64,000 nucleotides of DNA from Paragordius varius (Eukaryota; Animalia; Nematomorpha): positions 4,836,001-4,900,000 of the forward strand of contig OZ176058.1 in the NCBI GenBank assembly GCA_964247055.1. Direction: 5' to 3'. The notes below the pieces were generated by a model. It did not search any database. It had not been told where the DNA came from and was given only the letters and a program-made list of their open reading frames with translations. Each line of letters opens with the position of its first letter. Position 1 is the stretch's first letter. Positions 38,401-49,070 of this stretch are shown piece by piece. Made by a program: the position numbers and the translations under genes.

Positions 38401-39929
38401 TTAATTAAAAACCTGGGTGTATTAGGTTTGAGGGGTTTTTGAATAGTTAACCCCAACATATAAAGTGTAATGATTGAATAGATGGCGTGTATCATGACAA
38501 ATCTCAGGTGATTTCTATAAAGAGAAATACAGAATGGTAAAATCCACATGGCTACAGTTGTACACAGCTAAGCGAATTAAAAAAAATTATAAAATAAATT
38601 AAATAAATTTTAGAGAAATTTTAAAATATCAATTAAATTTCAATTACTGTAAGCTTCGATTTGTAATAACTTATTTTTTAAAAACTTATCTCAGTCATTT
38701 TTGGCAATTAATTGAGAGTCGGAATGAATTGTAAATATTAATAATAGATTATTTGGATTTAATATATGGTATTATACATAAAACATAATTTTTATGTGTT
38801 AAAAACCAAAAGATATAGGATTGTTGCTTTATATTAAAAATGGTTATATGAAATAAATCCCAATTTAAAAACTGAACTAAAAAAACAGTTGTTTATATAA
38901 TTTACCATTTTAGATTTGCTATTTTTATTATATATATATATATATATATTACATTAATATATATCCTATTTGTTTAAGTTTATGATTTTAAAGAGTTTAC
39001 GGAAATCATGAAATTTTTTTTGGTGTTACCATTTTATCAAGATAAACTTATGCATTTTCATTTGGTTATTTTATTTGATATATATCTGTGTTGTTTTTAT
39101 TCAAAGTATATAATCCAACAATCAACTATTTAGATAATAAAAGAAAAAATAATTAATAATTTTAAAAAAATCTAAATGTACTAAGTAGTATTTTGACAGG
39201 CGGGTACATTGAAATAAACTCATATTTAGAATACCCAGTTCCATTTTTATTTTTGACTTATGTTATATAATACAGTAGTACTTTTTAATATCGCCTATCA
39301 AAGTTTTTTTGAACTTTTTATTTTATTAATTAATTATTTTGTTCTTTTACACTTGTGTACCCATAATCTAAATCATTTTTTTTCAATTTAATAATTTCAA
39401 AATATATTTAATTATATTTTTATGATTATTATTGATGGATCATACATTATCATGTCCTTCATCTATATGTTTAGACACCAACCAAGAAGCTACAATTGAT
39501 CAAAGGAAACGTAACCAGATTTAGGTATAATAAATGTAATATTAATTTAAGACCATAAAATTTACTGTAAGGTTTGATATAATTCAAATATATTTACTAA
39601 AAACATGTTTGTCTTTTAGTTTTTGCATTTGTCCCGCTTCGCATGTTTTTGATTTTTACTATATATATTTTTTGGTAGTTGTAAACCTCCCCGAGCAACC
39701 TTGATTATTCATAACTTCACAACTTTATTTTAAGGATAGCCCCGATTCAATCAAAAATAACCACCAGTCACCGATTAAAAAAAGCGTTTCCTCATTCGAA
39801 AAAAGTAAAAAGTTTGACCAACAATTGTTTCTCTCATAGACGAAAAGAAATCCAACACTGATCAAGAATCAAAAACCGCCACATCTTTTCCCCCCACTCC
39901 ACTCTAGTCCTCAAAGAAAAAACAATTAC

Positions 39930-40530
39930 TGGTTCTCTCAAAGATGAAAAGAAATTTGTCATCCAAGTATAATATCCATATCATTCCAATTCATCACATG
40001 GAAGCCTATGCATTAGTTGCTCGAATTGAACATAGGATCAATTATCCTTTTGTCTCACTATTGGCGATGTCATGGTTTGTGCTAAATATTGTAAAATCAG
40101 TGACGTTCTTAACCCACACAGGAATTTAATGATGTCCTGCGCCCAGGGAAGCCTTTGATTAACTTTCGCGATTATGACTAAATTAGTATTTAAGATTTAA
40201 TTTATATAGGGTAACCGAAACAATGGAATCCCAAGAGTGTGTTAAAGTCATTAACCCAAATATCTTGCCCATTTACATCATGAATCCTGTTATTTCTCAT
40301 TTAATGAAATGCTTTCTACATTTAGTTCTCTTTCCAACCTCTATTGCTCTAAAATCTCTGTAAATGATGAATCAAATGTTGAAGAAGTGAAAAATATTTT
40401 ACCAAATCCCTATGCCAAACATAATCTAAATTTTTCAAACTACCCTATCAATTATCCTCTCTTCCGTTAAAATCAAGATTTAATACATGGGAAACATGAA
40501 TCGGTGTTGGTTATCTTTCATCTTTGAGAA
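39930..40530 (+). pseudogene. OSGEPL1: OSGEPL1/TsaD fragment (micro-inverted form)
   Basis: NIHIIPIHHMEAYALVARIEHRINYPFVSLL, then the inverted segment and stops. Confidence 0.7.
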
Positions 40531-42284
40531 AACCAGTAATTTTTTTTTCTTTGGGACTTAGGGTGGGGGGAAACGATGTGGTGGTTTTTGACTCTTGATC
40601 GGTCTTGGATTTCTTTTTCGTTTTTGAGAAAACATTTGTGAAACTTTTGTTGGTCAGACTTTTTAGTTTTTCCGAATGAGACGAAACCCTTTTTTCATCG
40701 GTGGGGCGGTTATCTCTGATTGAATCGGGGCTATCCTTAAAATAAAGTTGTGAAGATATGGATGATATAGGTTGCTCAACTAAAAAATATATAGTGAAAA
40801 TTGTAAACATGCGAAGCGGGACAAAACGCAAAAACTAAAAGACCAACATGTAGTAAATCTCTTTGAATAATATCAAACCTTACAGTTATGGTCTTAAATT
40901 AATATTACATTCATAAAACATAGATATGGTTCCTTATAGTTGTCATCGAATGGGTTTGTTGAGTATACCTAATTTTCAGATTCTAGAAATGGTTAATAAA
41001 TAATTTAAATAAAATTTAAAAACAACATTGTTTTTGAAAAGTTTGATATAAGTATTGAAAATTATATACCTAAAGAGTCGGCAGGGTTATTTTGCTGGTT
41101 TTGGAGATTGGTTGATATAAAATATTAAAACTTAAAACATTCTTAATTGGTAAGTAAAATTTAGCCTATAATCATAGATTTTTTATAAAAAGAAGTACAC
41201 ATTTAGATAAATATATAACAGAATAAATACTGATACAGGACACTAAATTAATTGTTGTCTAAATATTTAAAAAATAACTCCATCAATATCAGTAGAATTT
41301 AGCAAATTACAAAACACACATTATTCAATACAAAACCCAAAAAACATATCTAAGCTCCGACTTCAATAAATTAAACGACTTTAAAAAAGAATCATTGGAA
41401 TTGAAAAATGAAACATTTTATAAATTTGTTTTTAAACCCGAAAGAAGCGATAAACACTTTTGAAATGACTTCATAATTTTAAGGATTATGACTGACAAGT
41501 TACATGAAATTCAGCGTAAGGATATATTTTTCAATATTTAGACAACAATTGATTTAGTCTACGGTATGTGTATTTATTCTGTTATATATTTTTAAATGCG
41601 ATCTTCTTATAAGCAATCTATATTTATTTGGCTTAATTATATAATTAACGTTTTAAGTTTATTTGATATTTCATATAGTTTAACCAATCGTGAAAATCTA
41701 CAAAATAACCCTGCCGACTTTTTAGGTGTTTTATTTTCATCACTTATATCACACATTTTTAACAACAATTTTAGTTTTTAATTTTTAAAATATGTAATTA
41801 CCATTCTAGAATCTAAATATGAAGTATACACAACAAGCCAGTTTGATGACAATTATAAGGAAAGATATATAGGTTTTTTGAATGTAATATTAAAGAACAT
41901 AATGTAAGGTTTGATATAATTCAAATATATTTACTATATACATGTTTGTCTTTTGGTTTTTGCGTTTGTCCCGTTTCCCTTTTAATTTTTACTATATACA
42001 TATTTTTTTAATAGTTGTAAACCTCCCTCGAGCAACCTACATCAACCATATCCCCGACTGCCAATTCTCAACTTTATTTTAAGGATAGCCCCTATTAAAT
42101 CAGAAAAACCGCCAGCCATCGATTGAAAAAGGCGTTTCCTCATTCGAAAAAAAAAGTTTGACCGACAAAAGTTTCACAAATGTTCTCTCAAAGACGTAAA
42201 GAAATCCAACACCGATCAAGAATCAAAAACCACCACATCGTTTCCCCTCACTCTAATCCCCAAAGAAAAAACAATTACTAGTTC

Positions 42285-42870
42285 TCTGAAAAACGTAAAG
42301 AAATCCAACACCGATTCATGTTTCCCATGTATTAAATCTTGATTCAATCCATTTATACCGGAAGAGAGGATAATTGGTAGCGTAGTTTGCAATTGTATAT
42401 GCATAAAGATTTAGTAAAATTCGTTTAAGATTTTAGAGCAATAGAGGTTGGAAAGAGAACTAAATATAGAAAGCATTCCATTAAACGAAAAATCACACGA
42501 AGGATCTTGATGTAAAGGGAGGGACGTTAACATGGGCAGACATTTGGATTAATAACTTTAACACACTCTTGGGATGGTATTTCAATATTTAGGCCACCGC
42601 TATATAAATTAAATCTTAATCCTAATTTCCTCGAAAGTTTATCAAAAACTTCCCTGGGCACCATGTCATGAGTTTTGCCAAGTATTTTAAAATCAATAAT
42701 GTTCTCAACCCACACAAGAAGTTAGTGATGTCCAGACACTAATAGTGATAGATAAAGATAATCGATCCTATGGTCAATTCGAGCAGCTAATGTATGGGCT
42801 TTCATGTGATGAATTGGAATGATAGGGATATTATACTTGAAGACAAATTTCTTTTCGCCTTTGAGAGAAC
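42285..42870 (-). pseudogene. OSGEPL1: OSGEPL1/TsaD fragment (ancestral orientation of the 75-bp segment)
   Basis: WVENIIDFKILGKTHDMVPREVFDKLSRKLGL...SGGLNIE. Confidence 0.7.
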
Positions 42871-45800
42871 TTGTAATTGTTTTTTCTTTGGGAATTAGAG
42901 TGGGAGGAAAAGATGTGGCGGTTTTCTCATGATTGGTGTTGGATTTCTCTTCGTTTTTGAGAGAATTGTTAATTGTTTTTTCTTTGGAAATTAGGGTGGG
43001 AAAAAATATGTGGATACATGATAAGCAAAAATGCGTAAATAATCGATATAAATAAGGCGCCCAAATTAAATTGTTAAGCTAACATACGTCGAGTTAAAAT
43101 CTAAAAAATGACATCTGGCAAGCGAGTTACCGATTTACAAAATTAATCATCATAAAATTACATTACGAAAATAATGTTTTATTGCGCTAACAACGAAAAC
43201 GAATTAAACACTGATGATAGGCATGAAATTAACTAATTCAAGAGTAAATCCGTAATTAACTAGGTATATTCCCAAAAAAAGAATTAAAATTAACTAAAGT
43301 TTTAGGAAGCAAGAATATCCAATTAAATTTATATCATCCCTGTTTTTTCAATGAACGAACAGAAAACGGTAAGTTAAGCAATAAAATATTTTACTAAAAT
43401 AAAATTTTGTCAAATTAATCTTGACATTGAAATTTGGTACAAGAAATAGAAATTTGACTTATTATTATTTAACACTCTGTAGTTAGTCTTTTGGAATTTA
43501 ATCATCCCAAAAACAATTTCAGGTATTAAGCCGAATTCAGTATAATATGCTTTCGTTAGGCTTTTAGGTGCATTATACAAATTTCTTTTATAATATCAAC
43601 ATCTACAAAAAACACCTCATTCTAAACCCTTTTGCCGCTATTTTTAACCCTATAAATTTTTAATCGCTAATGCGCGATACTATGGTTTAAAAATTAATAA
43701 TTTACTTCAACTTTCAGGCATAATACTAACAAAAACTTGATATATTTTAATTTTAATATAGGCTGTTTATTTGTATCAGGTTTGGGACTGTCTCAATATA
43801 AACTTGTAAGTCAAGGCAAGTTGAGCAAGACTTAATACAGTAAGTTTACACTTGAAGATCAATGATAAATAACCACTTAAGTCAAGTGTTTTGCTTATGA
43901 ATGTAACATTTTTTTGCCACACTCAATTCGAATTTTACGGAAATTTTTTTGATCATTTACAGCCAAATTTATGTAATAAGCCACAAAAAAATAAACAATT
44001 AATTCAATGTGCTTTCATTAGAGTTTTTCTAACTCGGATAACACATATGTTATTTAATATTATAGATTTTTCCAGGTATTGAGCCCGGCAAAACTAAATT
44101 TTTTAAGTTGATGAAACTCTTCGCCCTTAAAACACTTTTCTATTATTTTACCACTACTTATTTTCACAGAAGTCCATTTGCAAATAGAACAACATAATTA
44201 TTTTTAATTGATTATCAACATTAAATTTGAAATAAATATAAGATGAACTCTTTAAATGTTTTAATGGTGAAGTTACCTTTAGTACTTTTAATTTTATATA
44301 AAAAGAAAACAACATTAATATTAAATTATTAATATATATATCATTTTTTGCGGGTTCACAGAATCGATAAATTTGGCATATTTTTTTATGTATTGTACTT
44401 AAATGTTAGCAGAGTTTTTCTTAAAAATTACCATCTTTTGTGTCCACCCTTTTTGAATAGGTTAATTAAGAATTAACAAAGGTAATACATATAAAACCTA
44501 AATTATATATATATAAATAGTTTGCAAAATAATTTAATCCACATTAAATCTGTCAAGTATGCCCTACACCACACTTGCAAAATCTTTAATTTTTACTTGA
44601 TTATAAAATTTTTTATCACCTCCGAATCTTACTAGACTTAATAAATCGTCTAATGTTAAATTTTTTTATCACATAAAAGCAAGCCATGACTTGTAAAACT
44701 TGCAAGTCAGTGCAAATTTTTTTATCACAGCACCTTTAGAGTCTAGAAGTAATAAAACTGGGTACAAAATTTATTATTTAATATATCAAAACAATGGACT
44801 TCGAAGTTTTTCAAGTTATAGCTTGCTTTCATGTAATAAAAAATTTAACATAGACGACTTAAGTTTAAAAAGAAACTTTGATTCAGAGGTTTGATAATAA
44901 AATCATATAATCAAGTAAAAATTAAAAATTTTGCAAGTGTGGTGTAGGGCACACTTGACAGATTTAAAAATATGAATAAATTTTATTTGGAAACTAATAT
45001 GTATAAAATTTAGGTTTTATGTGTAATTAAAATCTTTTAATGCCATAATAACTATTTCTTTAATAATTTTCGGCTAAATATATTCAAATTTGGTGGATAT
45101 AAAAGAGAACAAATTTTAGAACAACACTGCGATTATTTATGTATATGTACACGTTTGTGGTCTTAACGAAATAATAATAAAGCCTTGAAATACATATTAT
45201 GTAATTATTGGAATAAAAAAAATTGGTTGATTAGTTTTAATAAGTAAACTTAATTTAATTTTAACAAATAGCATAATTTTTTAAATAAAATATGGGGTTG
45301 TCATTAGAGATAAGTATGAATTTATTTTTTGACCGAATAAAACCCAAGCCTAATTATTAAATAATAATTTTATATAAAAAGATAACAATTCTAGGAGGAA
45401 ACGGGTGAAAAGCGCGATGGTGAGGGTGTATTTTTTCATTATGTTCTTTTACACTTGTACCCATAATCTAAATCATTTTTTTCAATTTAATAATTTCAAA
45501 ATATATTTAATTATATTTTTATTATTATTGTTATTGATGGATCATACATTCTCGCTGTCATCACCATCTTCATCTCTACGTTCAGGTACCAACCAAGAAG
45601 CTACAATTGATAAAAGAACACGTAACCAGATTTAGATATAATAAATGTAATATTAATTTAAGACCATAAAATTTACTGTAAGGTTTGATATAATTCAAAT
45701 ATATTTTGCTAAAAACATGTTTGTTCTTTAGTTTTTGCATTTGTCCCGCTTCGCATGTTTTTGATTTTTACTATAAATATTTTTTGGTAGTTGTTAATCT

Positions 45801-46054
45801 CCCCGAGCAACCTTGATTATTCATAACTTCACAACTTTATTTTAAGGATAGCCCTCATTCAATCAGAGATAATCGCCAGTCACCGATTGAAAAAAGCGTT
45901 TCCTCATTCGAAAAAAAAAATTAAAAAGTTTGACCAACAAAAGTTTTACAAATGTTCTTTCTCTCATAGACGAAAAGAAATCCAACACTGATCAAGATTC
46001 AAAAATCGCCACATCTTTCCCCCCACCCTAGTTCCCAAAGAAAAAGCAATTACT

Positions 46055-46685
46055 GGTTCCCTCAAAGATGAAAAGAAATTTGTCTTCAAGTATAATACCC
46101 ATATCATTCCAATTCATTACATGGAAGCCCATACGTTAGCTGCTCGAATCGAACATAGAATCGATTATCCTTTTATCTTTCATTATTGGCGATGTCATGG
46201 TTTGTGCTAAATATTTTAAAATCAGTGACGTTCTCAACCCACACAAGAATTTAATGATGTCCTGCGCCCAGGGAAGCCTTTGATAAACTTTCGAGGAAAT
46301 TAGGATTAAAATTTAATTTATATAGCGGTGGCCTATTGAGATACTGTCCCAAGAGTGTGTTAAAGTCAATCTAAATGTCTTGCTCGTATTAACGTATTTC
46401 CCTTTACATCCTCATTCCTCGTGTGATTTTTCGTTTAATGGAATGCTTTCTACATTTAGTTCTCTTTCCAACCTGTATTGCTCTAAAATCTTTCTACTAA
46501 ATGATGAATCATATGTTGAAGATGTGAATAATATTTTCCCAAATCCCTCTGCCAAACATATAAAAAATTTGCAAACTACCCTATCTATTATCCACTCTTC
46601 CGGTAAAAATGGATTGAATCAAGATTTAATACATGGGAAACATGAATCGGTGTTGGATTTCTTTACGTTTTTCAGAGAAAATCAG
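46055..46685 (+). pseudogene. OSGEPL1: OSGEPL1/TsaD fragment (micro-inverted form)
   Basis: PIHYMEAHTLAARIE...; FPLHPHSSCDFSFNGML. Confidence 0.7.
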
Positions 46686-48419
46686 TAATTGTTTTTTCTA
46701 GGGTGCTTAGAGTGGGGGGAAACGATGTGGTGGTTTTTGATTCTTAATCGGTGTTGGATTTCTTTTTCGTCTTTGAGAGAACATTTGTGGAACTTTTGTT
46801 GGTCAAACCTTTTAGTTTTTCCGAATGAGACGAAACCCTTTTTTTAATCGGTGACTGGCGGTTATCTCTGATTAAATCAGGGCTATCCTTAAAATAAAGT
46901 AGTGAAGATATGGTTGATGTGGGTTGCTCAACTAAAAAATATATATAGTAAGAATTAACAAGCGAAGAAAACAAAACGCAAAAACTAAAAGACAAACCTG
47001 TTTTTGGTATATATATATATATTCCAATTATATCAAATCTTAGAGAGAATCATGGTTTTAAATTAATAACCAAGATATGGTTCCTTCTAATTGTCATCAA
47101 AAGGGTTTGTTGGGTGTACTTCATTTTCAGATTCTAGAAATGGTTAATAAATATTTAAATAAAATTAAAAATAACATTGCTGTAGAAAAGGTGATATAAG
47201 TGATGAAAATAAAATATTTAAAAAGTCGGCAGGGTTATTTTGCTGGTTTTTACGATTGGTTGACTTGAAATATTAAATTAACTTTTAACGTTCTTAATTG
47301 GTAAATATAATTAAGGCAAATAATCATATCTTATTAAAAGAAGATCGCATTTAGAGAAATATATAAAAGAATAAATACTGATACAGTACAATAAATTAAT
47401 TGTTGTCTAAATATTTAAAAAATAACTCCATCAATATCAGTTGAATAAATTACAAAACATACGCTATTCGATACCCAAACCCCAAAACATATCTAAGCTC
47501 CGACTTCAATACAATCAAACGACTTTATTAAGGAAAGAATCATTGAAAATGAAAAATGAAACATTTTATTAATTTGTTGTTAAACCCGAAAAAAATAATT
47601 AACACTTTTGGAATAGCTCATAATTTTAAGGATTATGATGGACAAGTTACATGAAAACTCAGGGTAAGGATTTATTGTTTTAATATTTCGACAATTGATT
47701 TAGTCTACGGTATGGGTATTTATTCTGTTATATATTTCTCTAGTGATCTTTTTTATAAGAAATCTATAATTAATTGGAATTATATTAAACTTTTTAAGTT
47801 TTTATAATATTTCATATATTTAAACCAATCGTGAAAACTAATAAAACAACCCTGACGACTTAGGTATTTTATTTTCATCACTTATATCACACATTTTTAA
47901 CAACAATTTTAGTTTTTAATTTTATTTGAAATATGTAATTACCATTTCTAGAATCTGAAAATAAAGTATACTCAACAAACCCGTTTGATGACAACTATAA
48001 GGAACGATATATAGGTTTTATAAATGTAATTATAATTTGCAATCATAATTAACTCTAAGATTTGATATAATTGGAATATATTTATATACCAAAAACAGGT
48101 TTGTCATTTAGTTTTTGCGTTTGTCCCTCTTAGCATGCTTTTAATTTTTACTATTTATATTTGTTAGTAGTTGTGCCCCTCGAGCAACCTTGATTACTCA
48201 TATCTTCACAACTTTATTTTAAGGATAGCCCCAATTCAATAAGAGATAACCGCCAGTCACCGATTGAAAAAAGGGTTTCCTCAAAAAACTAAAAAGTTTG
48301 ACCAACAAAACTTTTACGAATGTTCTCTCAAAGACTAAAAGAAATCCAACACCGATCAAGAGTCAAAAACCGCCACATCTTTTCCCCCCACTCTAATCCC
48401 CAAAGAAAAAACAATCACT

Positions 48420-49070
48420 GGTTCTCTGAAAAACGTTAAAAAATCCATCACCGATTCATGTTTCCAATGTATTAAATCTTGATTCAATCCATTTATACCG
48501 GAAGAGAGGATAATTGATAGGGTAGTTTGCAAATTTTGTATATGTTTAGCATAGGGCTTTGGTAAAATATTTTTCACTTCTTCAACATTTGATTCATCAT
48601 TTAGTAGAAAGTTTTTAGAGCAATAGAGTTGGAAAGAGAACTAAGTGTAGAAAGAATTCCATTATACGAAAAATCACACGAGGGATCATGATGTAAAGGG
48701 AGAGACGCTAACGTGGACAAGACATTTGGTAATATCCTTAACATACTCTTGGGATAGTATTTAATACTTAGGCCACCGCTATATAAATTAAATCTTAAAT
48801 CATGATTTAGTCTTAATTTGCGCGAAAGTTTATCAAAGGTTTCCCCGTGCGCAGGACATCCTTCACTTCTTGTTTGGGTTGAGAACGTCACTGATTTTAA
48901 AATATTTAGCACAAACCATGACATCGCCAATAGTGAAAGACAAGAATAATCTATCGTACGTTCAATTCGACTAGCTAACGTATGGGCTTCCATGTAATGA
49001 ATTGGAATGATAGGGATATTACACTTGAAGACAAATTTCTTTTCATCTTTGAGAGAACCAGTAATTGTTT
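48420..49070 (-). pseudogene. OSGEPL1: OSGEPL1/TsaD fragment (micro-inverted form)
   Basis: Tracked 207-aa ORF: IPIIPIHYMEAHTLASRIE...[inverted segment]...GETFDKLSRKLRL...SGGLSI...PLHHDPSCDFSYNG. Confidence 0.75.

Larger units (their letters stand above)
28823..38567 (-). pseudogene. RNF121: RNF121 copy A, exons 3-7 (38567-38413, 35445-35202, 31862-31696, 30401-30300, 28943-28823); nonsense codon in exon 4, exons 1-2 not in cis
   Basis: All splice sites and phases match copy B and the RING-H2 is intact (CQIC...CGH|[22 protein letters not shown]). Exon 4 has CAA TAA at 35235-35240. Intron 2 breaks ~60 nt upstream of exon 3. Confidence 0.85.
20455..38585. repeat. Segmental duplication unit D1 (direct repeat of D2, 38685-59790)
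   Basis: Same order in both units: ctcagtcatttttggcaattaattgagagtc start, TsaD palindrome, block Z, 134-nt hairpin, RNF121 exons 7 to 3. Confidence 0.85.
39480..43010. repeat. Palindrome P2 with OSGEPL1 fragments at 39930-40530 (+) and 42285-42870 (-)
   Basis: Same arm architecture as P1; the spacer 41275-41525 is inverted relative to P1. Confidence 0.8.
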
